Below, in pieces: positions 1 to 11,900 of a stretch of DNA of 64,000 bases; position 1 is the first letter of the stretch; every line of letters begins with the position of its first letter. This DNA is from Eledone cirrhosa (Eukaryota). The notes beneath the pieces are model-generated. The model was not told the DNA's origin. It made no database searches and worked only from the letters and a program-made list of their open reading frames with translations. The translations under genes were made by a program, and so were the position numbers. The stretch is taken from contig OZ024741.1 of NCBI GenBank assembly GCA_964016885.1, positions 250,418,001 to 250,482,000 of the forward strand, written 5' to 3'.

Positions 1-3000
1 TGTAAAAAAAAATCAGGGGGAGATAATTTGTAAAAAAAATCAAGGGGAGATAATTTCCAGCCGTCCAAGGGGAGATAATTTTCAGCCGTCCAAGGAGAGG
101 TAAATTCTAGCCGTCCAAGGAGAGATAATTTCCAGGCGTCCAAGGGGAGATAATTTCCAGCCGTCCAAGGGGAGATAATTTTTTTAAAAAAATCAGGCGC
201 AGATAAGTTTTAAAAAAAAATCAGGGGGAGATAATTTGTAAAAAAAATCAGGAGGAGATAATTTGTAAAAAAATCAGGGGGAGATAATTTGTAAAAAAAA
301 AAAATCAGGGGGAGATAATTTGTAAAAAAAATCAGGGGTAGATAATTTGTAAAAAAAAATCAGGGGGAGATAATTTGTAAAAAAACATCAGGGGGAGATA
401 ATTTGTAAAAAAAATCAGGGGTAGATAATTTCCAGCCGTCCAAGGGGAGATAATTTTCAGCCGTCCAAGGAGAGGTAAATTCTAGCCGTCCAAGGAGAGA
501 TAATTTCCAGCCGTCCAAGGGGAGATAATTTCCAGCCGTCCAAGGGGAGATAATTTTTTAAAAAAATCAGGCGCAGATAAGTTGTAAAAAAAATCAGGGT
601 CAGATAATTTGTAAAAAAAAATCAGGGGGAGATAATTTGTAAAAAAAATCAAGGGGAGATAATTTCCAGCGTCCAAGGGGAGATAATTTCCAGCCAGCGA
701 AGGGGAGATAATTTTTTTTAAAAAATCACTGGGAGATTTGTAAAAAAAATCAGGGGGAGATAATTTGTAAAAAACTCAAGGGGTGATAATTTCCAGCCGT
801 CCAAAGAGAGATAATTTCTAGCCGTCCAAGGGGAGATAATTTCCAGCCAAGGGGAGATAATTTCCAGCCTTCCAAGGGGAGATAATCTTTTAAAAAATCA
901 GGTGGAGATAATTTGTAAAAAAAATCAGTGGAAGATAATTTGTAAAAAGAAAATCAAGGGCAGATAATTTCCAGCCGTCCAAGGGGAGATAATTTCCCGC
1001 CAGCCAAGGGAAGATAATATTTAAAAAAATCAGGCGGAGATAATTTGTAAAAAAAATCAGCGGGAGATAATTTGTAAAAAAATCAGGGGGAGATAATTTG
1101 TAAAAAAAAAATCAGGGGGAGATAATTTGTAAAAAAAATCAGGGGTAGATAATTTGTAAAAAAAAATCAGGGGGAGATAATTTGTAAAAAAAATCAGGGG
1201 GAGATAATTTGTAAAAAAAATCAGGGGTAGATAATTTCCAGCCGTCCAAGGGGAGATAATTTCCATCCTTCCAAGGGGAGATAATTTCCCGCCGTCCAAG
1301 GGGAGATAATTTCCCGCCAGCCAAGGAGAGATAATATTTAAAAAAATCAGGCGGGGATAATTTGTAAAAAAAATCAGGGGGAGATAATTTGTAAAAAAAT
1401 CAGGGGGAGATAATTTGTAAAAAAAAAATCAGGGGGAGATAATTTTAAAAAAAATAAGGGGGAGATAATTTGTAAAAAAAAATCAGGGGTAGATAATTTG
1501 TATAAAAAATCAGGGGGAGATAATTTGTAAAAAAAAAATCAGGGGGAGATAATTTGTAAAAAAATCAAGGGGAGAAAATTTCCAGTCGTCCAAGGGGAGA
1601 TAATTTTCAGCCGTCCAAGGAGAGGTAATTTCTAGCCGTCCAAGGGGAGATAATTTCCAGCCGTCCAAGGGGAGATAATTTTTAAAAAAAAATCAGGCGG
1701 AGATAATTTGTAAACAAAAATCAGGGGGAGATAATTTGTAAAAAAAAATCAGGGGGAGATAATTTGTAAAAAAAATCAAGGGGAGATAATTTCCAGCCGT
1801 CCAAGGGGAGGTAATATCTAGCCATCCAAGGGGAGATAATTTCCAGCCGTCCAAGGGGAGATAATTTCCAGCCGTCCAAGGGCAGATAATATCCAGCCGT
1901 CCAAGGAGACATATTTTCCAGCCGTCCAAGGAGAGGTAATTTCTAGCCGTCCAAGGGGAGATAAGTTCCAGCCTCCAAGGGGAGATAATTTCCAGCCAGC
2001 CAAGGGGAGATAATTTGTAAAAAAATCAGGGGGAGATAATTTGTAAAAAAAAAATCAGGGGGAGATAATTTGTAAAAAAAAATCAGGGGGAGATAATTTG
2101 TAAAAAAAATCAAGGGGAGATAATTTCCAGCCGTCCAAGGGGAGATAATTTTCAGCCGTCCAAGGAGAGGTAAATTCTAGCCGTCCAAGGAGAGATAATT
2201 TCCAGGCGTCCAAGGGGAGATAATTTCCAGCCGTCCAAGGGGAGATCATTTTTTTAAAAAAATCAGGCGCAGATAAGTTGTAAAAAAAAATCAGGGGGAG
2301 ATAATTTGTAAAAAAAAATCAGGGGGAGATAATTTGTAAAAAAAATCAAGGGGAGATAATTTCCAGCCGTCCAAGGGAAGATAATTTCCAGCCCTCCAAG
2401 GGGCTATAATTTCCAGCGTCCAAGGGGAGATAATTTCCAGCCAGCGAAGGGGAGATAATTTTTTTAAAAAAATCACTGGGAGATTTGTAAAAAAAATCAG
2501 GGGGAGATAATTTGTAAAAAACTCAAGGGGTGATAATTTCCAGCCGTCCAAAGAGAGATAATTTCTAGCCGTCCAAGGGGAGATAATTTCCAGCCAAGGG
2601 GAGATAATTTCCAACCTTCCAAGGGGAGATAATTTTTTAAAAAATCAGGTGGAGATAATTTGTAAAAAAATCAGTGGAAGATAATTTGTAAAAAGAAAAT
2701 CAAGGGGAGATAAGTTCCAGCCTCCAAGGGGAGATAATCTCCAGCCAGCCAAGGGGAGATAATTTGTAAAAAAATCAGGGGGAGATAATTTGTAAAAAAA
2801 AAATCAGGGGGAGATAATTTGTAAAAAAAAATCAGGGGGAGATAATTTGTAAAAAAAATCAAGGGGAGATAATTTCCAGCCGTCCAAGGGGAGATAATTT
2901 TCAGCCGTCCAAGGAGAGGTAAATTCTAGCCGTCCAAGGAGAGATAATTTCCAGGCGTCCAAGGGGAGATAATTTCCAGCCGTCCAAGGGGAGATAATTT

Positions 3001-3084
3001 TTTTAAAAAAATCAGGCGCAGATAAGTTGTAAAAAAAAATCAGGGGGAGATAATTTGTAAAAAAAATCAGGGGGAGATAATTTG

Positions 3085-4725
3085 TAAAAAAATCAGGGGG
3101 AGATAATTTGTAAAAAAAAATTCAGGGGGAGATAATTTGTAAAAAAAATCAGGCGTAGATAATTTGTAAAAAAAAATCAGGGGGAGATAATTTGTAAAAA
3201 AACATCAGGGGGAGATAATTTGTAAAAAAAATCAGGAGTAGATAATTTCCAGCCGTCCAAGGGGAGATAATTTTCAGCCGTCCAAGGAGAGGTAAATTCT
3301 AGCCGTCCAAGGAGAGATAATTTCCAGCCGTCCAAGGGGAGATAATTTCCAGCCGTCCAAGGGGAGATAATTTCCCGCCAGCCAAGGGAAGATAATATTT
3401 AAAAAAATCAGGCGGAGATAATTTGTAAAAAAAATCAGGGGGAGATAATTTGTAAAAAAATCAGGGGGAGATAATTTGTAAAAAAAAATCAGGGGGAGAT
3501 AATTTGTAAAAAAAAATCAGGGGGAGATAATTTGTAAAAAAAATCAGGGGTAGATAATTTGTAAAAAAAAATCAGGGGGAGATAATTTGTAAAAAAAATC
3601 AGGGGGAGATAATTTGTAAAAAAAATCAGGGGTAGATAATTTCCAGCCGTCCAAGGGGAGATAATTTCCATCCTTCCAAGGGGAGATAATTTCCAGCCGT
3701 CCAAGGGGAGATAATTTCCCGCCAGCCAAGGAGAGATAATATTTAAAAAAATCAGGCGGGGATAATTTGTAAAAAAAATCAGGGGGAGATAATTTGTAAA
3801 AAAATCAGGGGGAGATAATTTGTAAAAAAAAAATGAGGGGGAGATAATTTTAAAAAAAATAAGGGGGATAATTTGTAAAAAAAAATCAGGGGGAGATAAT
3901 TTGTAAAAAAAAAATCAGGGGGAGATAATTTGTAAAAAAAAATTCAGGGGGAGATAATTTGTAAAAAAAATCAGGCGTAGATAATTTGTAAAAAAAAATC
4001 AGGGGGAGATAATTTGTAAAAAAACATCAGGGGGAGATAATTTGTAAAAAAAATCAGGAGTAGATAATTTCCAGCCGTCCAAGGGGAGATAATTTTCAGC
4101 CGTCCAAGGAGAGGTAAATTCTAGCCGTCCAAGGAGAGATAATTTCCAGCCGTCCAAGGGGAGATAATTTCCAGCCGTCCAAGGGGAGATAATTTCCCGC
4201 CAGCCAAGGGAAGATAATATTTAAAAAAATCAGGCGGAGATAATTTGTAAAAAAAATCAGGGGGAGATAATTTGTAAAAAAATCAGGGGGAGATAATTTG
4301 TAAAAAAAAATCAGGGGGAGATAATTTGTAAAAAAAAATCAGGGGGAGATAATTTGTAAAAAAAATCAGGGGTAGATAATTTGTAAAAAAAAATCAGGGG
4401 GAGATAATTTGTAAAAAAAATCAGGGGGAGATAATTTGTAAAAAAAATCAGGGGTAGATAATTTCCAGCCGTCCAAGGGGAGATAATTTCCATCCTTCCA
4501 AGGGGAGATAATTTCCAGCCGTCCAAGGGGAGATAATTTCCCGCCAGCCAAGGAGAGATAATATTTAAAAAAATCAGGCGGGGATAATTTGTAAAAAAAA
4601 TCAGGGGGAGATAATTTGTAAAAAAATCAGGGGGAGATAATTTGTAAAAAAAAAATGAGGGGGAGATAATTTTAAAAAAAATAAGGGGGATAATTTGTAA
4701 AAAAAAATCAGGGGGAGATAATTTG
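3085..4725. repeat. 822-bp near-perfect tandem duplication
   Basis: Paired private variants: ATTCAGGGGG (about 3120/3942), CAGGCGTAGA (3150/3972), AGGAGTAG (3234/4056), ATAAGGGGGATA (3859/4681). Identical ORFs 3489-3704 and 4311-4526 are 822 bp apart. Confidence 0.9.
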
Positions 4726-7700
4726 TAAAAAAAAAATCAGGGGGAGATAATTTGTAAAAAAATCAAGGGGAGATAATTTCCAGCCGTCCAAGGGGTGATA
4801 ATTTTCAGCCGTCCAAGGAGAGGTAATTTCTAGCCGTCCAAGGGGAGATAATTTCCAGCCGCCCAAGGGGAGATAATTTTTAAAAAAATATCAGGCGGAG
4901 ATAATTTGTAAACAAAAATCAGGGGGAGATAATTTGTAAAAAAAATCAGGGGGAGATAATTTGTAAAAAAAAATCAGGGGGAGATAATTTGTAAAAAAAA
5001 TCAAGGGGAGATAATTTCCGGCCGTCCAAGGGGAGGTAATATCTAGCCATCCAAGGGGAGATAATTTCCAGCCGTCCAAGGGGAGATAATTTCCAGCCGT
5101 CCAAGGGCAGATAATATCCAGCCGTCCAAGGAGACATATTTTCCAGCCGTCCAAGGAGAGGTAATTTCTAGCCGTCCAAGGGGAGATAAGTTCCAGCCTC
5201 CAAGGGGAGATAATTTCCAGCCAGCCAAGGGGAGATAATTTGTAAAAAAATCAGGGGGAGATAATTTGTAAAAAAAAAATCAGGGGGAGATAATTTGTAA
5301 AAAAAAATCAGGGGGAGATAATTTGTAAAAAAAATCAAGGGGAGATAATTTCCAGCCGTCCAAGGGGAGATAATTTTCAGCCGTCCAAGGAGAGGTAAAT
5401 TCTAGCCGTCCAAGGAGAGATAATTTCCAGGCGTCCAAGGGGAGATAATTTCCAGCCGTCCAAGGGGAGATGATTTTTTTAAAAAAATCAGGCGCAGATA
5501 AGTTGTAAAAAAAAATCAGGGGGAGATAATTTGTAAAAAAAAATCAGGGGGAGATAATTTGTAAAAAAAATCAAGGGGAGATAATTTCCAGCCGTCCAAG
5601 GGAAGATAATTTCCAGCCCTCCAAGGGGCTATAATTTCCAGCGTCCAAGGGGAGATAATTTCCAGCCAGCGAAGGGGAGATAATTTTTTTTAAAAAATCA
5701 CTGGGAGATTTGTAAAAAAAATCAGGGGGATATAATTTGTAAAAAACTCAAGGGGTGATAATTTCCAGCCGTCCAAAGAGAGATAATTTCTAGCCGTCCA
5801 AGGGGAGATAATTTCCAGCCAAGGGGAGATAATTTCCAACCTTCCAAGGGGAGATAATTTTTTAAAAAATCAGGTGGAGATAATTTGTAAAAAAATCAGT
5901 GGAAGATAATTTGTAAAAAGAAAATCAAGGGCAGATAATTTCCAGCCGTCCAAGGGGAGATAATTTCCCGCCAGCCAAGAGAAGATAATATTTATAAAAA
6001 TCAGGCGGAGATAATTTGTAAAAAAAATCAGGGGGAGATAATTTGTAAAAAAATCAGGGGGAGATAATTTGTAAAAGAAAAATCAGGGGGAGATAATTTG
6101 TAAAAAAAATCAGGGGGAGATAATTTGTAAAAAAAAATCAGGGGTAGATAATTTGTAAAAAAAAATCAGGGGGAGATAATTTGTAAAAAAAAATCAGGGG
6201 GAGATAATTTGTAAAAAAAATCAAGGGGAGATAATTTCCAGCCGTCCAAGGAGAGATAATTTTTAAAAAAAATCAGGCGGAGATAATTTGTAAAAAAAAT
6301 CAAGGGGAGATAATTTCCAGCCGTCCAAGGGAAGATAATTTGCAGCCCTCCAAGGGGCTATAATTTCCAGTGTCCAAGGGGAGATAATTTCCAGCCAGCG
6401 AAGGGGAGATAATTTTTTTAAAAAAATCAGGGGGAGATTTGTAAAAAAAATCAGAGGGAGATAATTTGTAAAAAAAATCAAAGGGAGATAATTTCCAGCC
6501 GTCCAAAGAGAGATAATTTCTAGCCGTCCAAGGGGAGATAATTTCCAGCCAAGGGGAGATAATTTCCAGCCGTGCAAGGGGAGATAATTTCCAGCCGTCC
6601 AAGGGGAGATAATTTCCATCCTTCCAAGGGGAGATAATTTCCAGCCGTCCATGGGGAGATAATTTCCCGCCAGCCAAGGGAAGATAATTTTTAAAAAAAT
6701 CAGGGGGAGATAATTTGTAAAAAAATCAGGGGGAGATAATTTGTAAAAAAAAAATCAGGGGGAGATAATTTGTAAAAAAAAATCAGGGGGAGATAATTTG
6801 TAAAAAAAAATCAGGGGGAGATAATTTGTAAAAAAAATCAGGGGTAGATAATTTGTAAAAAAAATCAGGGGGTGATAATTTTTAAAAAAAATCAGGGGGA
6901 GATAATTTGTAAAAAAAATCAAGGGGAGATAATTTGCAGCCGTCCAAGGGGAGATAATTTTCAGCCGTCCAAGGAGAGATAATTTCTAGCCGTCCAAGGG
7001 GAGATAATTTCCAGCCGTCCAAGGGGAGATAATTTTTTTTAAAAAATCAGGCGGAGATAATTTGTAAAAAAAAAATCAGAGGGAGATAATTTGTAAAAAA
7101 AAATCAGGGGGAGATAATTTGTAAAAAAAAATCAGGGGGAGATAATTTGTAAAAAAAATCAAGGGGAGATAATTTCCAGCCGTCCAAGGGAAGATAACTT
7201 CCAGCCCTCCAAGGGGCTATAATTTCCAGCGTCCAAGGGGAGATAATTTCCAGCCAGCGAAGGGGAGATAATTTTTCTTAAAAATCATTGGGAGATTTGT
7301 AAAAAAAATCAGGGGGAGATAATTTGTAAAAAAAATCAAGGGGAGATAATTTCCAGCCGTCCAAGGGGAGGTAATATCTATACGTCCAAGGGTAGATAAT
7401 TTCCAGCCGTCCAAGGGGAGATAATTTCCAGCCGTCCAAGGGGAGATAATTTTTTAAAAAAAATCAGGCGCAGATAAGTTGTAAAAAAAATCAGGGTCAG
7501 ATAATTTGTAAAAAAAAATCAGGGGGAGATAATTTGTAAAAAAAATCAAGGGGAGATAATTTCCAGCCGTCCAAGGGAAGATAATTTCCAGCCCTCCAAG
7601 GGGCTATAATTTCCAGCGTCCAAGGGGAGATAATTTCCAGCCAGCGAAGGGGAGATAATTTTTTTTAAAAAATCACTGGGAGATTTGTAAAAAAAATCAG

Positions 7701-8999
7701 GGGGAGATAATTTGTAAAAAACTCAAGGGATGATAATTTCCAGCCGTCCAAAGAGAGATAATTTCTAGCCGTATAAGGGGAGATAATTTCCAGCCAAGGG
7801 GAGATAATTTCCAGCCTTCCAAGGGGAGATAATTTTTTAAAAAATCAGGTGGAGATAATTTGTAAAAAAAATCAGTGGAAGATAATTTGTAAAAAGAAAA
7901 TCAAGGGCAGATAATTTCCAGCCGTCCAAGGGGAGATAATTTCCCGCCAGCCAAGGGAAGATAATATTTAAAAAAATCAGGCGGAGATAATTTGTAAAAA
8001 AAATCAGGGGGAGATAATTTGTAAAAAAATCAGGGGGAGATAATTTGTAAAAAAAAAATCAGGGGGAGATAATTTGTAAAAAAAAATCAGGGGGAGATAA
8101 TTTGTAAAAAAAATCAGGGGTAGATAATTTGTAAAAAAAAATCAGGGGGAGATAATTTGTAAAAAAAATGAGGGGGAGATAATTTGTAAAAAAAATCAGG
8201 GGTAGATAATTTCCAGCCGTCCAAGGGGAGATAATTTCCATCCTTCCAAGGGGAGATAATTTCCAGCCGTCCAAGGGGAGATAATTTCCCGCCAGCCAAG
8301 GAGAGATAATATTTAAAAAAATCAGGCGGGGATAATTTGTAAAAAAAATCAGGGGGAGATAATTTGTAAAAAAATCAGGGGGAGATAATTTGTAAAAAAA
8401 AAATGAGGGGGAGATAATTTTAAAAAAAATAAGGGGGAGATAATTTGTAAAAAAAAATCAGGGGTAGATAATTTGTAAAAAAAAATCAGGGGGAGATAAT
8501 TTGTAAAAAAAAAATCAGGGGGAGATAATTTGTAAAAAAATCAAGGGGAGATAATTTCCAGCCGTCCAAGGGGAGATAATTTTCAGCCGTCCAAGGAGAG
8601 GTAATTTCTAGCCGTCCAAGGGGAGATAATTTCCAGCCGTCCAAGGGGAGATAATTTTAAAAAAATCAGGCGGAGATAATTTGTAAAAAAAATCAGGGGG
8701 AGATAATTTGTAAAAAAATCAGGGGGAGATAATTTGTAAAAAAAAAATCAGGGGGAGATAATTTGTAAAAAAAATCAGGGGGAGATAATTTGTAAAAAAA
8801 AATCAGGGGTAGATAATTTGTAAAAAAAAATCAGGGGGAGATAATTTGTAAAAAAAAAATCAGGGGGAGATAATTTGTAAAAAAATCAAGGGGAGATAAT
8901 TTCCAGCCGTCCAAGGGGAGATAATTTTCAGCCGTCCAAGGAGAGGTAATTTCTAGCCGTCCAAGGGGAGATAATTTCCAGCCGTCCAAGGGGAGATAA

Positions 9000-11900
9000 T
9001 TTCCCGCCAGCCAAGGAGAGATAATATTTAAAAAAATCAGGCGGAGATAATTTGTAAAAAAAATCAGGGGGAGATAATTTGTAAAAAAATCAGGGGGAGA
9101 TAATTTGTAAAAAAAAAATCAGGGGGAGATAATTTGTAAAAAAAATCAGGGGGAGATAATTTGTAAAAAAAATCAGGGGTAGATAATTTGTAAAAAAAAA
9201 TCAGGGGGAGATAATTTGTAAAAAAAATCAGGGGGAGATAATTTGTAAAAAAAATCAGGGGTAGATAATTTCCAGCCGTCCAAGGGGAGATAATTTCCAT
9301 CCTTCCAAGGGGAGATAATTTCCAGCCGTCCAAGGGGAGATAATTTCCCGCCAGCCAAGGAGAGATAATATTTAAAAAAATCAGGCGGAGATAATTTGTA
9401 AAAAAAATCAGGGGGAGATAATTTGTAAAAAAATCAGGGGGAGATAATTTGTAAAAAAAAAATCAGGGGGAGATAATTTGTAAAAAAAATCAGGGGGAGA
9501 TAATTTGTAAAAAAAATCAGGGCTAGATAATTTGTAAAAAAAAATCAGGGGGAGATAATTTGTAAAAAAAATCAGGGGGAGATAATTTGTAAAAAAAATC
9601 AGGGGTATATAATTTCCAGCCGTCCAAGGGGAGATAATTTCCATCCTTCCAAGGGGAGATAATTTCCAGCCGTCCAAGGGGAGATAATTTCCCGCCAGCC
9701 AAGGAGAGATAATATTTAAAAAAATCAGGCGGAGATAATTTGTAAAAAAAATCAGGGGGAGATAATTTGTAAAAAAATCAGGGGGAGATAATTTGTAAAA
9801 AAAAAATCAGGGGGAGATAATTTGTAAAAAAAATCAGGGGGAGATAATTTGTAAAAAAAAATCAGGGGTAGATAATTTGTAAAAAAAAATTAGGGGGACA
9901 TAATTTGTAAAAAAAAAATCAGGGGGAGATAATTTGTAAAAAAATCAAGGGGAGATAATTTCCAGCCGTCCAAGGGGAGATAATTTTCAGCCGTCCAAGG
10001 AGAGGTAATTTCTAGCCGTCCAAGGGGAGATAATTTCCAGCCGTCCAAGGGGAGATAATTTTTTTAAAAAAATCAGGCGGAGATAATTTGTAAACAAAAA
10101 TCAGGGGGAGATAATTTGTAAAAAAAAATCAGGGGGAGATAATTTGTAAAAAAAAATCAGGGAGATAATTTGTAAAAAAAATCAAGGGGAGATAATTTCC
10201 AGCCGTCCAAGGGGAGGTAATATCTAGCCATCCAAGGGGAGATAATTTCCAGCCGTCCAAGGGGAGATAATTTCCAGCCGTCCAAGGGGAGATAATATCC
10301 AGCCGTCCAAGGAGACATATTTTCCAGCCGTCCAAGGAGAGGTAATTTCTAGCCGTCCAAGGGGAGATAAGTTCCAGCCTCCAAGGGGAGATAATTTCCA
10401 GCCAGCCAAGGGGAGATAATTTGTAAAAAAATCAGGGGGAGATAATTTGTAAAAAAAAATCAGGGGGAGATAATTTGTAAAAAAAAATCAGGGGGAGATA
10501 ATTTGTAAAATAAATCAAGGGGAGATAATTTCCAGCCGTCCAAGGGGAGATAATTTTCAGCCGTCCAAGGAGAGGTAAATTCTAGCCATCCAAGGAGAGA
10601 TAATTTCCAGGCGTCCAAGGGGAGATAATTTCCAGCCAGCCAAGGGGAGATAATTTGTAAAAAAATCAGGGGTAGATAATTTGTAAAAAAAAATCAGGGG
10701 GAGATAATTTGTAAAAAAAATCAGGGGGAGATAATTTGTAAAAAAAATCAAGGGGAGATAATTTCCAGCCGTCCAAGGGAAGATAATTTTCAGCCGTCCA
10801 AGGAGAGGTAATTTCTAGCCGTCCAAGGGGAGATAAGTTCCAGCCTCCAAGGGGAGATAATTTCCAGCCAGCCAAGGGGAGATAATTTGAAAAAAAATCA
10901 GGGGTAGATAATTTGTAAAAAAAAATCAGGGGGAGATAATTTGTAAAAAAAATCAGGGGGAGATAATTTGTAAAAAAAATCAGGGGTAGATAATTTCCAG
11001 CCGTCCAAGGGGAGATAATTTCCATCCTTCCAAGGGGAGATAATTTCCAGCCGTCCAAGGGGAGATAATTTCCCGCCAGCCAAGGAGAGATAATATTTAA
11101 AAAAATCAGGCGGAGATAATTTGTAAAAAAATCAGGTTGAGATAATTTGTAAAAAAATTAGGGGGAGATAATTTGTAAAAAAAAAATCATGGGGAGATAA
11201 TTTGTAAAAAAAATCAGGGGGAGATAATTTGTAAAAAAAAATCAGGGGAGATAATTTGTAAAAAAAAATCAGGGGGAGATAATTTGTAAAAAAAATCAGG
11301 GGGAGATAATTTGTAAAAAAATCAAGGGGAGATAATTTCCAGCCGTCCAAGGGGAGATAATTTTCAGCCGTCCAAGGAGAGGTAAATTCTAGCCGTCCAA
11401 GGAGAGATAATTTCCAGCCGTCCAAGGTGAGATAATTTCCAGCCGTCCAAGGGGAGATAATTTTTAAAAAAAAATCAGGCGCAGATAAGTTGTAAAAAAA
11501 AATCAGGGGGAGATAATTTGTAAAAAAAATCAGGGGGAGATAATTTGTAAAAAAAATCAAGGGGAGATAATTTCCAGCCGTCCAAGGGAAGATAATTTCC
11601 AGCCCTCCAAGGGGCTATAATTTCCAGCGTCCAAGGGGAGATAATTTCCAGCCAGGGAAGGGGAGATAATTTTTTTTAAAAAATCACTGGGAGATTTGTA
11701 AAAAAAATCAGGGGGAGATAATTTGTAAAAAACTCAAGGGGTGATAATTTCCAGCCGTCCAAAGAGAGATAATTTCTAGCCGTCCAAGGGGAGATAATTT
11801 CCAGCCAAGGGGAGATAATTTCCTGCCTTCCAAGGGGAGATAATTTTTAAAAAAATCAGGTGGAGATAATTTGTAAAAAAAATCAGTGGAAGATAATTTG

